The position numbers and the translations under genes were made by a program. From Octopus bimaculoides (Eukaryota), in NCBI RefSeq assembly GCF_001194135.2, contig NC_068986.1, positions 70,547,288 through 70,611,287 of the forward strand: 64,000 nucleotides of DNA, written 5' to 3'. The notes under the pieces are model-generated. The model saw only the letters and a list, made by a program, of their open reading frames with translations. It was not told the origin of the DNA and did no database searches. Numbering within the stretch: position 1 is the stretch's first letter; each line of letters begins with the position of its first letter. This document shows, one piece after another, positions 12,323 through 27,140 of the stretch.

Positions 12323-13250
12323 TACAGGTTGTGTCAGTTTTTTTTTTGTTTTTTTAGGTCATTTGTATGATTTTAGAAAAAGACATATCTCTTGAAAGAA
12401 AAGCTGTATTTGAAAAAAATTAGTACAAATAATCTTGAGATTTCTTTTATCACACCTATTCAATGAAACCACCTCTAACGTCAATGGCTGCTTCAGTATA
12501 GGGTCAGAGGCATTGACATGCCCAAATTGGATAATCTTTATCAATTTTGAACATAGTGCTGGTTATGGCGGACTTGAGAGATTAAATGATGTTATGAGGG
12601 TGGTGATTGATCTCTCTCTCTACAATGTCACATACATAATAATTCAGTGGATTGAGGTCTGGTGAACTAGGAGGCTGTGTGTCTAGGAGAACATGATAAT
12701 GGAGATTGGAACACATCCATGCTTGTCCTAGCTTTATGAGAATGTTGTCCTAGCTTTATGAGAATGCGCAGTCTTGTTGGAAGATATATGGTCTTCCGTT
12801 GCATACTCTTTTTCCAGGGCTTCATAACCTTCTCCAACATCCCTGTATAGACAGTGACATTGACTCTTAAGCTCTGTGGAAAGAAAAGTGATGAGGCATG
12901 ACAATTCCCAGGACCATCACAGTCCCTGAAAACTTAGTATCTATGACCATTGGAATTCCATTCAGATCTCTGCATAATAATCTGTTGTTCCTTTACTTTT
13001 CTCATCAGACAAAAACCAAAGCATTCCAACTTTTTGAACTTGTTTAGGAAGTGCTTTACATAAATCAAATGATTCTCTCTTGTCACATCCGACCTAAACT
13101 AACCCCTCCACATCACATACATTTCCCGGCTGTCCTCACACACAACTCTTCCAATGGAGTATTCTGAAACCTTGAGGTCTTTTGCAATGGTTCTGATTGA
13201 TTTTCCAGATTTTTTTTATCAATTATTTCTTGGGTTTTTGTACAGTTTTG
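12323..13250 (-). pseudogene. Degenerate Tc1/mariner (maT/DD37D-like) transposase
   Basis: Minus strand gives IFQQD (~12785-12770) and PPSSPDLNPLNYY (~12674-12636) plus HFFPQ/KVNV-like segment; TA-CAGG at left end. Confidence 0.75.
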
Positions 13251-13537
13251 TGTTCTGATGGTTTTAGGACTCTGTGCATGCATTTTGCATTTAGCTGCTG
13301 ATGTTGGATCCCTGTCAGCAGCTTCTAGTTCCTTTCAAACTTTCTCAACAAAGGATTATGCAGATATCAGGAAGCAAGCTATCTCTGCATTACTATGTTG
13401 CACTTTTAAGGTAATGATTACAGCATGCTTTTTTATTTACTGAGTCAACATGATGTCTGCCATTATTTCTCTGGAAAGCAAGGTGAAAATAATATAAAGA
13501 TAGAGCCCTTGAAAAAACTAACATGCTCAGTACATAC

Positions 13538-13595
<58 letters not shown>

Positions 13596-15169
13596 AAGTG
13601 TATGTGTGCATACAGTGGTAGTCTTTTGGTTTCTGTCTGCCAAATCCACTCAAGGTTGTTCCATAGCTATAATAGAAAATTTTCTTCGAAGTTACTGCAC
13701 AGTGGGAATGAAATATTATGTATTAGCTTAAAAGCCGCAATCCATGAAAACTTTTGAGCTACTTTCTGCAGAGGGCTAATTGGGCCTGTGGCCCAAAACT
13801 AAAGAGAGCAAAATAGCATGACTATAATACGTCTATAATGACTATATGCCCTGGTGGTGTTTGATCAAAGGTTAAGGACAGATGAGAATTAATTCTGCAA
13901 TGCAATCATTCTATTGTTTCAGTCCCAAGTTAAATTCCAACTGTTGGCCAATTTGTCTCAAAGTTCTTATCTATTAAAATTAATGAAGCAAATGTCCTTT
14001 ATCTCCCCTTTGAGCTCTGACGTCATCTGACAAATGCCAACCAAGATACCATGAATTGGCTAAGCTTTACCTCCTAGAAATAGCAACCCAAATGCTTTTA
14101 AATCAGATCCCAATGCTGGTTGTTCAAGAACCAAATGAAGGGCAGATTTTCAATCTTGGTATCATCCTGATTCCAAAAAGGTATAATATGTCTATGTAGA
14201 CAGAGATACAGGGGTCCTAGATGAACAGATGGGATTTCACTTTCATTATTATACATATGTATATAAAACATATTAACACACATAATGTATACAAAATTGG
14301 CTAAAATAATCATTGAGAGCCACAGATTTAGAAGAAGCAGGAGGAAAGCATAAATTTCACATATATTTCATTTGTTAATTTTGCTCAACAGCTGTTTCAT
14401 TGGCAATAAATATTATCATTTATATAATTGCATAATTAACATACATAATTAATTAATCTAAAAGTGTTGTTTGCCCAAATTGTCAGGAGAAAAATGATAA
14501 TCAAGAAATTGTTACTGAATTAGGTGCAAACTAGACAAAAAATCCTGAGCAAACAAAAATAATAATAATGAATATATATATATAAAACATCTCACAAAAT
14601 ACATGAATATAAAAGTGTGTACCTAAATGCAGATCAACATTCATGTCAGTATATATTGATGTATTTACATACTTCAGTAAACACTCACATGCTTATGGAA
14701 GTATCTGCATAGACAGATTTGCATAGAATAAACACATACACAAGCATAAATATAAACATAAATATTTATAAATGCCCAAACGCATACATATTCACACACT
14801 CACACACACACACACGCACACACATTCTTAAAAAATTTTAAAGGCAACTTTCCACCACAACATAAATATTATCAAATCTTTTATAAATTAACCTTTAAAC
14901 TTTATTATTCTACCACACCTTGCTTAGCTTCTTATAACAACCACAAATTGCTCCAAATTAAACAAATAAATTCTAAAATTCTAAACATACCAAACATTTC
15001 AGGTTATAGGTTATGTTAGTAAAAGTAATATGCATTATAGTCTTAGTTGTAGTACTAGCACTTGTAGTCATAGTAATAATAATAATAATGATGGATTCTC
15101 CCATTGAAAGTGACGTATGAGCATTCAGCTTTTGCCCAACGACCTGTACAAATGATTTGTTTATAGTGA

Positions 15170-15605
15170 TCAAATGTATGTGCCATACATTAGCTCACTC
15201 CCTCCATCAAGTCAATGTTGTCTGAACAGGTGCATAGTGTACTATATATCAAGTGTTGAAGTGATCACAGAGCAACATGAGATGAAGTGTTTTCCTTAAG
15301 AACACAACACACCACCCAGTCTAGAAATTGAAACCATGATGTCACGACCATGAATGCAACACCCTAATCACTAAGCTATGTATCCATAATAATACTCCTT
15401 TCTGTTATAGGTACAAGGCCTGAAATTTGGAGGGAGGGGACTAGCCAATTACATCAATCTCAGTATTCCACAGGTACTTAATTTAACAACCTCAAAAGGA
15501 TGAAAGGCAAAGTCACCCTCTGCAGAATTTGAACTCAGAACATAACGAAATGTTGCTAAGCATTTTGCCCAGCATGCTAATGATTCTGCCAGTTCACCAC
15601 CTTAA
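15170..15605 (-). mobile_element. Two adjacent SINEs (tRNA-headed type and family B)
   Basis: aagaacacaacac...gaaattgaaacc...ccctaatcactaagc, then cctttc...aaggcctgaaatttggg...gaatttgaactcagaa...ctgccagttcacc. Confidence 0.75.
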
Positions 15606-15989
15606 ACAATAATAATAATTGTAATAATATTAATGATAATAATAATAATAATAGCAATAAGAATCATAGTAATAGTAATAATGGCAAGGAAAATATAAAA
15701 TGCAGCCTAAATCATTTTTGTATCCCTCCATCCATCTGTCCATCCACCTTCACCACCCATTATTTTTGAGGGGATCATCAGGTACTTCAACTATGATTAT
15801 AAATATTATCTAACCATCTTATTTGGTGCATCCCTAGGTTTTCTGCTGGTTTTCTCAGCTTGAAGAATTCATCTTGCAATACATTTCTTCCCTGCAACAT
15901 TCCAGTTACTCTGTAGTGCCTGAGCTGTGACCTCATTACAGAAAAGTAATGGCACGAGATGGGCATCTTTCAGTTTCCATCTACCATCT

Positions 15990-16522
15990 ACTCAATAGGT
16001 TTTGGTTAGCCCAGAGCTGTAGTAGAAGACACTTGTTCAAGGTGCCATGCAGTGGGGCTGAAACCAAGACCACATGGTTAGGAAGCAAGTTTTCAAACCA
16101 CGTGGCCATGCTTGCACCATCTAAACTTCTTTCTTTTCATTAAATGCACAAAACATAGAGATAAAGTTTTACCTTGCTTTCCATGAAAGGACAGCTAGTA
16201 ACCATAATGAGGACCTTAATACTAGTGTCACTGTATCAACTAAACTATCAGTTGTTGTTGTGCACAGCTAGTCTCAGTGCATTTTCTCACATTGTTGTAG
16301 CTTCTAAATGATGCCACTCTGCTAGCCAGGTAGGCAAGCCAACATTCTCCTTGACTTGAATGCTAGTCCATTGCAGAGCTACACATTTACAGCTGAGTGG
16401 ACTGGTGCAATGGGAAATGAAGTGCTTTGTTCAAGAAGACAATGCACTGATGTCTGGGAACTGAAACCACAATCTTGTGATTGTGAGCACAACACCCTTA
16501 TCACTTGGCTGCACACCTTCAC
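15990..16522 (-). mobile_element. SINE family C head (15990-16115) and a tRNA-headed SINE (16290-16522)
   Basis: Matches to 32230-32347 and to the reverse complement of 36706-36900. Confidence 0.65.
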
Positions 16523-16795
16523 AATATTATAATTACTAAGAACATTCCTATATAACTAATGAGTCTTAATATATACACAAACACGTATATGTAAGTGAGA
16601 CATAGTTTTTTTTTCTATTTCTTGCATTCTTTTGTTGGAATGCATATTTATACATTTTTATTTTTTGTATTCTTTTGTTGAGATGCATATGTATACATAT
16701 ATTTATATGTGCACACATGCATCTATATGTGTATGAATATGTGTGTTTCTGTGTGTGTGTATATATATATATATGTATGTATGAATGAATGTATG

Positions 16796-16830
<35 letters not shown>

Positions 16831-16833
<3 letters not shown>

Positions 16834-17046
16834 AAGGGTATGCTGAAAAGTTCCTGGCATTGGGTAAAAAAACAATACAAAAGGATTAGTTAATTACGAT
16901 TTTATTCAATATATTCCCCTCTCAGATTCACACTCTTATTACAGGGGTCCTTCAGTTTTTTTAAGCCCTGTGAAATAACTCAGAAGATTGGGCCTCCAAC
17001 CAGGCCTTTCATGATGCCCTAAGTCAGGAACTTTTCAGCACCCCCT

Positions 17047-17050
<4 letters not shown>
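16831..17050. mobile_element. Mariner-type MITE with 26-bp TIRs in (TA)n
   Basis: cacaagggtatgctgaaaagttcctg / caggaacttttcagcacccccttgtg (24/26 complementary); TA-rich flanks. Confidence 0.85.
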
Positions 17051-17089
<39 letters not shown>

Positions 17090-17679
17090 GTGTTGAATTA
17101 TTGTCGTAACCATGATGTTCCTATGGTATGATGTGCTAGCTTTCTTTTTTGTACCAATTACTAAATACACAATTGTATTGTATAATGCTGAGCATACTAC
17201 GTATTAATTCAAACATGTATGCATAATTTCTTCCATACTGAAATTAATGCTACATGAAGGAGGTTGCAAAATGACCGTAATCCTATGGAAGTCACATGGT
17301 TAAATATATATTCACCTCTCCTACTTCTTGAATTTATGGGGGGGGGGGTATATATAATTCATTATTTTGAATAGGTGCTTATACACTGGAACAAATATAT
17401 CTACAAAATTCTAGAACTCGGTTCTTGAGCATAACATTAAACCCTAATATATTATTATCTCAATACAATAGTAATAGCAAGGATGGTTTTGCATTAAGTT
17501 TAAAATTGCTTGTTATACTATAAAATAAGCAGTAAACTTCTTTCTTACAATTTGGTATTAATAGCTGTCATTCATAATGCTAAACTAAGTATACATTTTT
17601 ATTAACTAATATATATCATTCATATTGCACATCTTGGTAGGATAATACTTCCTGTATATTAATTCTTTTTCTTGTTCTT

Positions 17680-18590
17680 CATTGAAAGCAAATAATAGAT
17701 TCCAGATAGAAACATGCCATCATTGAGTTCTTGACAAAGTAGGGGTACAGTCTGTCTGACATCCATAGAAGACTACAGGTCATTAACAGATATGACATCA
17801 TTGACAAGAACAATGGGCACAGATAGGATGCAGACATTTGAAGAAGCATTGAAGATAAACTACACAGTGAAAAATCAGTGGGATACTATAACCACTGACA
17901 TTAATGCCAGTGAATCAGCAAATTGATTCATGCAGACAAACAAGTCACAATTCATGAGCTTAATGCACTGCTGCACCGTGGTCGCAGAGCATTGCAGAAG
18001 ACTTTGAGTATCAAAAAAAATATGTTCAAAGTGAGTACCTTGACATGACACCATATTTGAAGAAGACAGGTGAAGGTCTACTTTGACCTACTGGAAGGAT
18101 TTGAAACCAATGGAGACATTTTTTCTGCTCTGATGATGGGGAATAAAATATAGGCATACCTTTATGATTAAGAAAGTCACTTAGTCCATAAGTCAGGCAC
18201 CTCCTCTCCAAGAGCCAACAATCAGCACAGAAAGTCTTCATGACTAATTCTTAAGCTGATGAAAGCAACATTCTCTTTGATTTTCTGCAGTGGTTAGCAA
18301 TACATTGAGATATGTAAAAGGCTTACATAAACCATTTGGAGGAAGAGGCTGAACAAGAATCTGAAAGTGATCCACATTCACCAAAACTATGTGACCATAC
18401 ACATTTTTGGCAATAAATCTGGCAACCAGCAAAATGAGCTGGTAAGTGGCCCCACATCCATTGTCAACCCAGATCTGGCACCCTCTAACTCTCACCTGTT
18501 CTGTCCTATAAAGAAATTTTTTTAGGAATAACAATTTGATAAACAAGATGTGACTGCACAGAGGTTGGTACAAGTACAAATTCTACTCAA
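17680..18590 (+). pseudogene. Degenerate mariner transposase
   Basis: N-terminal AIIEFLTK...DIHRRLQ helix-turn-helix-like segment; PDLAPSNSHLFCPIKKFF at ~18469 matches the mariner YSPDLAPSDFHLF motif; many stops. Confidence 0.75.
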
Positions 18591-18712
18591 AAGGTTTTGG
18601 TCAACCTGAGACTATAGTAGCAGACACTTGGTTAAGGTGCCATACAGTTTAACTGAACCCAAAACCATGTGGTTGGGAATCAAACTTCTCAACTACAACT
18701 GACACCTGTTCC

Positions 18713-18763
<51 letters not shown>

Positions 18764-19349
18764 CACACTTGTACATTACATTTCTTTTAAGTTTTCTTCA
18801 GTCTCGCTCTGAACAGCTGATGATGTGGACACACTCTACATGTAAGAAACTTTAAGTAATGTAGAGATGATTGAAACTATATATAGACAGACAGATTGAT
18901 TGACCATTATATTGCTTCAGTGTCCACTTTTCTATGCTTGTATGGATCTGATGGAATTTTTTAAAGTAGATTTTCTATAGCTGGATGCTGACCCTCACAA
19001 AAATACTTATTCATTGAGTTAAATCATTTTTGAAATTATTAAGAGCAATTATTTAGTTTCAAAACACAGCCATGGGAATCACTGTTTAATATGTTTAAAT
19101 CTAAAAAAGAAGACATGCAAAAAAATTGTCATCTACTCTTTTTTATGTTATAGCAGTCTGACATAATTGATCTGAATAAGTATTTTTGTGAGGATTAAAT
19201 TGATTTTGCTTTTGTGCTTTTCCATGCCTTTCACCCCAAACCAAATGGTTATTCCACAGAGTGTAGAGAGAAATATTGTCAGATAGATAAAGGTCAAGGA
19301 AAGAAAGCTATATGCATTTTCAAAATTGCATGACAATTTTTAATAATTG

Positions 19350-19930
19350 ATCACCTAATGTTAGAGGTGATGAAATAGGTGAGCAGCTATGTGCATCTCG
19401 GTCAAGAAATGACTATGAGGTGAGAGATGGAGAATGAAATCTCGCGATGGGTTAGAGCAGGATGGAGAGCATTTAACTTGGTGAAGGATGTGCTGAAGGC
19501 AAACCTAGACAGGGCAACTCATATTAATCTCTTCAGCAGCATAGTTTTGTTTGCAATGCCATACACATGTGAGATTTAAGCCTTGATGAAGGGAGAACAA
19601 CAACATCTGCTTTCAGCACAGAGAGCCATGGAGAGGTCAGTGTTGGGAATTTCACTAAGAGATCACATCGAGAACAAGATCAGGGATAGAACTGGAGTGA
19701 AGGATGTTGTTGCAGAATACACCATACAAAGATACGATGAGCCAATCATGTTGCAAGGTTCACAGACGATTGGTAGCCCCATGCAGATGTCAAGTGGTAC
19801 CCATGCAAGCAGAAGAGAGTCCAATCAGGTGGGAAGATGATGTAAGAAAAATGTTTGGAACAATGTGGGGGAGAATGGTAAGAGCATGAGGGGAATGGAG
19901 TAAATGCTGTGGCCAGTGGAGCTGATGCAG
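19350..19930 (+). mobile_element. RTE-1-type LINE 3' fragment
   Basis: LLSAQRAMERSVLGISLRDHI...IRDRTGVKDVV and RWEDDVRKMFGTMWGR; second RTE lineage, same as 58845-59095. Confidence 0.8.
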
Positions 19931-20200
19931 CACCAAACAGCCTGACCAATCCAGGTGATTTTTAACAGTATGAGGACTAAGGTGAGAAAGATCTATTATG
20001 AAAGGCTCTCTTTTAGGAAAGGTCCTCTGTAATGAAAGTAGTGATACATTGTTGCATCAGGGAGTTTCCTAATATCTTCTCTGAAACAAACTAGTTCAAT
20101 TTTCAATGATTTTGACATCTTTTCAATGTAGTTACAGATAAATTACTTTTTTAATTTATTTAGGGCATACAGTGCATCATTTGCATAACTTGAGTGCACA

Positions 20201-20970
20201 CCACTGATATATACAGCTGTGTAAAAGCACATTTATATATACTAACAGAGTAGATAACTGCCCCATGAGCAAATCAAAGCCAGAACACTGGACTGTATAG
20301 TTTCATCCTAATGGGAATTGTCACCAGTGTGCCTCCATTGCTTCTATGGCACAGCAAATTCTGTCTGACAACTAAATTTTGCCCAGTACAGTTTATATTG
20401 TGCTTAGCTGCCCACATTAATTTCATACTATACTATTTGGCATTTCACTAAATCAGCCATATATATATATATATATATATATGTGTGCGTGTGTGTAGCA
20501 AATATATATACTGACAGAGAGAATTAGCTGTTCCATAGAAGCAATGGAAGCACACTGGCAACAACTCACATTAGGATGAAGCTGTGCAGTGTAGTGTTTT
20601 AGCTTTCTTTCACTCATGGGACAGTTATCTACCCTGTCAGTACATACAAATGTGCTTTTACCTAGCTATAAGTGGTTTAACTTTTATTTCTAGCAATATT
20701 TGTGCTTGTAGCACATACAGTCATATTTAGAGACAACTGAACTTTGTGTATACAGTTTATTTGGAACCTAGCTAGCTGCCCACATTCATTTTATACCATA
20801 CAGTTTGGTATTTCACTGAATCAGCCATAAATATATATGGCAAATATATATACTGATGGAGAGAATTAGCTATGCCATAGAAGCAATAGAGACACACCAG
20901 TGACAGTTCCTATTAGGGTGAAACTGCGCAGTCCAGTGTTCTATTTCGCTACACTTGTGGGGCAGTTACA
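20201..20970. repeat. Inverted repeat with one left arm and two tandemly duplicated right arms
   Basis: 20201-20367 is complementary to both 20512-20675 and 20852-20968. Confidence 0.8.
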
Positions 20971-21712
20971 TAATTTTAACATTTTTCTTCCTTGTGTTAT
21001 AATCATTTTTGCAACTTAGCTTTTTGTCTGTTGTAGCTGCCAATAATGTACAAACTTATAAAATGTCATTAACTTAGCCCAGTCTCCTAGCATTAAACAT
21101 TGGTATTTTCTCTTCAATACAGAACCATTTAACAAGTCTAGGTTATAATATTGCATTCCCAGTGACTTTTTACACAAGTACAGATATTTATTTACAAAAA
21201 TGTTACTGAAATATGACCTTCTTTTTATTATTTGACTTATATCCATAATTAATTAGTCATTAAATCTTGTCTGTTCACCTTAGCCTAAATTTTACATTTC
21301 TGTGAATTATAGATTTTTTTGGCTCAGCTCTAACTACTGATTTGTTATGTTCTTAATCCTATTTAGAAACCTCTTTTATTTCTACTGTGCTAATGAAATC
21401 TTCCACTTGCAAGTAATTATTTAAACTAGACTGCTAATTAACATTACACATCCAGGGAATTAAATTTTGTTCTTTTCTATGTCTTATCTATTTACTTCTT
21501 AACAATTCCGACATGGACATTGATAAAATTTCCCCTAAGCACAAAACATCTAACATTTTTTACTCCAAACTTTGTAAAACAACTTCTACATCTCAACCTG
21601 CTAGCTAAATATAACAGCTAAATTTTCCTACTTAAACTCCCTATCTTCTTTAGAATGAAGTTATGTTTTTTAAGCTTGTTCATAATAATGTCTGCATCAC
21701 AACTAAACACTA

Positions 21713-21925
21713 ATGGCAGTGAGCTGGCAAAATCATTAGGCCACCACGCAAAATGCTTAGTGGCATTTCATCCATCCTTACATTCTGAGTTTAAATTTTG
21801 CCAAGGTCAACGTTGCCTTTCATCCTTTCAGGGTTAATAAAATAAGTACCAGTTGAGCACTGGGATTGATATAATCAACTTAATCCCAAAGTTTTGCTGG
21901 CCTTGTACCAAAATTTGAAACCAAT
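21713..21925 (+). mobile_element. SINE family B
   Basis: ggcagtgagctggcaaaatcattag...ttgcctttcatcctttc...aagtaccagttgagcactggg...ggccttgtacca. Confidence 0.85.
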
Positions 21926-22811
21926 ATCTACATACTAATCAATAAATCTTTCATTCCAACTAAATCTTGCCTTGTTTAAATAAGGAATACCCAGAACTCC
22001 TTCACAGCCAGCTTGTTGTTCTACTGATTTTACTTACTTTATTGTCTTATTTTGGTGGTAGATATGTTCTTTTACAAGTAACATTATTTAACAATTACTT
22101 CACTGATTTTTATTTTTTTTTGTAATGAGTTACAGTATACTTCCCAGCATGGGCTGGGCCCATATATTTGTTAGTCACCAGTTTAGTTATGAGTTTGACA
22201 ACATTGTCTGATCACAATAATATACAACTTTTCTTCATATATTCTCTGTAACCGTGTCTATTGATGTGTGTACTATCCATATAAATCAAACTGAATATGG
22301 TCATTTTTTAAAGAGTCATTTATTGTCTAATTTTGTATGTAAAATATTGTTTAGGTATTTTCTTGAGTAAGAATATAAATAACTAGTATTTTCTCAGGAA
22401 TGTTTCTTTTTGGTCGTGAGATTTTGTTTTCAGGACTTAGAATTGTAGAACTTAAAATCAATGGTTTTTTTTTTTTTTTTGTGTGTGTGTGTTTCTGTTT
22501 TTTTTTGTTTTTTTTTTGTTTTTTTTTGAGGGATGGGAGTAAGTTTTTGTTTAGCCATAGAACAAATTGGTCTAGACTTCATTGACTAATATGTTCTTTC
22601 ATTTTTAAGATGGTTGAAGCAAGTTGTAAAATGTTTTGCTGCTATTTCTTGCAGCTCAGTTAACCATATAGAGGTTTTCTTGTAGCCTTATAATTTTTGG
22701 TGGGTTGTATTTATTGGTTTAGTTTCAATCCCTACCATTTCATATTCATAAGTTTCTTTTACTTGGGGTTAAGAAGTTCTAGCCAAACTTTTATACAAGT
22801 TTTTTACTTAT

Positions 22812-23215
22812 CTCATCATCATCATCATCATCATTTAATGTCCATTTTCCATGCTGGTGTGGATTGGACGGTTTAACTGAAAACTGGTAAGCTGGGGGAG
22901 CTGCACCAGGTTCCAATCTGATTTGGCATGATTTCTGTAGCTGGATGCCCTTCCTAATGCAAAGAAAATAATGTCTGTAGAAAATATATTAAACATCATC
23001 ATCATTGTTTTAACATCTACTTTTCCAAGTTTGCTTGGGTCAGATGAGAGTATATTGCAGTTGAGTTTTTCTGTGACTGGATGCCCTTCCTGTTGCCAAC
23101 CTCCACTTGTTTTCAAATGAAGTAAGAAGCTTCCAGTTTATCAAACAACATGAAGAACTAGAAACAAACATCACCATTGGCAAGGCCACTATTTACAACC
23201 AGCAAACACATTAAG
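22812..23215 (-). mobile_element. Two RTE-tail/SINE-like fragments with (CAT)n on +
   Basis: catcatcat..tttaatgtccattttccatgctgg...ctggatgcccttcctaatgc. Confidence 0.75.
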
Positions 23216-23284
23216 ACAAGGGAAATATGAAGTCACTTTTACAAACACATGCATGCACACAAATACACATATATATATCCATGA

Positions 23285-24012
<728 letters not shown>

Positions 24013-24029
24013 GAGAAAACATTTAAGAG

Positions 24030-24785
24030 AGGCTTCTTTCAATTTCTGTCTACTAAATTCACTCACAAGTCTTTGGTTGGCCTGGGGTTATAGTAAAAAA
24101 CACTTTTCCAATGTGTCACACAGTGGAACTGAACCTAAAACCATGTTGTTGAGAAGCAAACTTCTTAACCACACAGCCATGCCTGTGCCTGTTCATTTTT
24201 CTAAATACTATTTTAAACTTAAAATATTGTGCATTGCTCCTCCTGTATAAATCAATGGTTCTCAATCAGGGACCATATGACCCTTTGGAGTCCATATTAG
24301 ATTTTTTTTTTTTTATCTGCTATAAATTGGTCATACCTCTCCAATACACAAAATACTTTAACAATTTTTTTTTATATAATTCTTAATAATATTTAATTAT
24401 AAAAATAAAACAAGTAGAAATGCAAATTGAATCAAATGTATTTAGTGATAAGGGTAAAGACTCCCTTCAGTCTATGGGATTGTACTTATAAAGTTCTCCT
24501 CCAAGGTACAAGTACTGGCAAGGTTGTCTATGGAAGACCAGCAGTCATCCATGCATACCAGCCTCCCTTCTCCACACTCCCAATTTTATTCAAGGGAAAG
24601 GCAAAGGCCAAATCAGCTTGGCACCAGTGACGTCACAACTCATTTCTACAGCTGAGTGAAATGGAGCAACATGAAATAAAGTGTCTTGCTCAAGAACATG
24701 ACACACAGCCCAGTCTGGGAATCGAACTCACTACCTCATGATTGTGAGCCCAATGCTCTAACCACTGAGACATGCACCCTCACCT
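24030..24785. mobile_element. Cluster: SINE C head (-), partial hAT MITE (24253-24420), tRNA-headed SINE (-)
   Basis: Matches to 32230-32347, 11056 and ctgggaatcgaactcac...ctctaaccactgag. Confidence 0.65.
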
Positions 24786-25089
24786 TAGTGATAAGAGAGT
24801 GTACAAAAACATAATCATCATCATTTTACATTCACTTTCCGTATTGGAAATGGTAAGATGATTCAACAGACTTCAACAAGTCAAACAACTATATCTTCCT
24901 CCAATGTCTCATTTTTTGACATGGCTCCTACAGCTGTATCCCTTTCATAACTCTCACCACTTTACAGAGTGCACTGTGTGCATTTATTAATGGCACTAGC
25001 TCTATAGAGGTCGCCTTTCCTGCATTTCCCTGTTTGAATTAATTTCTAATCATTGTGCACTAGGTACTTTTCATGGCACCAGCACTGTT

Positions 25090-25990
25090 GAGGTTGCCTT
25101 ACAGCTTGCAAAGCAAAGGAGAGCACCCCATGATGGAAGGAATGGATTTATTATGAGAAGATGGTACTGAAGAGGAAACAGTGTTGGAGTGGGAGTAGAG
25201 GAGACAAAGGAAAGAGAGAGAGAAGGTGTAGTGTCAGGTATTTGTGTGAAGGAGAGAAAGGAAAGGGGTAATGAGTGGCATTGAATAGGTGGACCCTGTG
25301 GTGGGATTGCTGATTCTCCCTACCGTGCCAACATGTGTCTGATGATACCTTAGTGTCCAAAACAGTTGTTAGTGAAATTACAAAGATTAGTTGTTGAGAG
25401 AGAGCAGGGACACTGTTATGTAAGGAAATAATAGGAAGTAAGTGAAAAGTAACATCAAGGGGTTAGTGAGAGGGTGTTAGGGTGATAAGATAGTGGGAAG
25501 GGTTGAATAAGGGGGTGGATGTAGTGCTACCCACATTATACGTGAGAGGGTAAAGTAGTGTTTGTTGGAAACATGAGAGGTTGTGTGGAAAGGAAAAGGT
25601 AATATCAGGGGATTAATGAAAGTGATAAGGGTAATGAGGAAAGAAATTGAGATAGTTGAGTAGCCGGTGATACAGTGCTACACCATGTTATATAGGGGTG
25701 GGTAGATTGTAGATGAGCGATAGATAAAATGATAATGAAAGGCCAGGGTATAACTACAAGGTAACATGAGTCATGGAGGGAAAGTAAAGGTTGCTGAAGT
25801 ACAACCCCTCCCCACTCAAACATCATGATTCAGGAGAAAGTAAATGAGAGTATGATATAGATGGTGGAAGTATGGGCAAGGAGGATATTCAATATGCAGA
25901 AACTGATATGAGTGTCATGACACTTGAGTGTGAGTGGGTACAGAATAGACACAATAGTTAGGAAAATATATGAGAGTTGAATGTGAGGAT
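25090..25990 (-). mobile_element. Possible highly degenerate Penelope-like RT fragment
   Basis: Purine-rich on +; minus-strand frames give weak similarity to Penelope RT (RLFYIL, SMTHVTL*LYP); many stops. Confidence 0.3.
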
Positions 25991-26299
25991 ATAGAACAGC
26001 CGACAGGTTGGTGGGAAGTCATGCACTAAGTTTGTGCAGGAAGCCAGATCTTCTGCAGCACTGTGTGTCACCAGTGGACATGGTCTTCAATTATCTCCTT
26101 CTTCAGATAGGACACCTTGAAATTATCTGTCACCACATCATGCCAAATTTTCCTTTTCCAAATACCATTCACTCTTATTTATTTAGCTGTCATTCTCCAT
26201 TTGCATGCTACACCCAGACCATCACAGTCTCTTCTCTTACACACAGCAACGGATTCCTCTTATTCTCAGTTTATACTTTGTAGGTCATACAATCTAGCA

Positions 26300-27140
26300 T
26301 TGTACATACACTGAAGCATGCTCACCTCATTCCTTTCCAGCCTTTGCATATCTTCTACTCTCAAGGTTCACCTCTCACACCCATGCAGCAGTGTACTTCA
26401 CACACAAGTATTGCAATCTGCTCTTGATCTTGAGGCATAAGCCCTTTGTCGCCAGCAAAATTAATAGTTCTCTGGACTTTCTCCAGCCTATTCTTATTCT
26501 AGCTAACACACTTTTGAAACATCTGCTCCACCCTGCTAATTTGGTCACCTAGCTGCAAAAGCTATCAACCACTTCTAGGAAGCGTATGGGCATTTAAGAG
26601 AATCTATTCACCTGCTGCATCTAAAGTCTGTCTTTTCTTTTGACCTGTCATTAATCCCAGTGCACTTCTGTGTATCCATTGATTACACTGATCAAATCTT
26701 AGAGAATTTTTTACTAACTCCTTTTCTACAGTTGGAGCATGGCCATTTCTCTGATGTTACAAGGGTCCTGAATTCCAACTTACAAATTTTTTTGTTGTTG
26801 CTAAGGTCCTTCAGTTCCAGATTTTGCCTTCATGCCTGATGTTTCAGCTTCAATTCTTCTAAGAGCATATGTATACAGGTGTTCTCAAAGGCAGCCTCAC
26901 TTAAATTCCAGCCATGGATTAAAGGATTATAATAAATAGGAATGGGCTGAGACCTGAGCTCTGATCGACCCCAACCTGCACACTAAATTCATCAATATTC
27001 TCACATTACTGGCTGCTCCTTCATACATAGCTTGTAAAAGCCATCACAAACTATCAATTTATTCTTAGTTTCCTTAGCAACCACCAAATTACAATGTGAG
27101 GTGTCCTGTCAAATGCTTTCTCATAATTGTGTGAAATTAC
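26300..27140 (-). mobile_element. Old degenerate RTE LINE fragment
   Basis: Colinear with 2400-3250 (ctattcttattctagc, gaatgggctgagacctgagctctgatcgaccccaacc = GVHQGS.LSP-like). Confidence 0.7.

Noticed and set aside
12724-12766. 21-bp tandem duplication tgtcctagctttatgagaatg
   Set aside because: Simple slippage mutation inside a dead transposase
14107-14180. Possible upstream exon (aaatcag|ATCCCAATG...AAAAAG|gtataa)
   Set aside because: Weak acceptor, only one open frame, no recognisable motif, no way to link it to exon A
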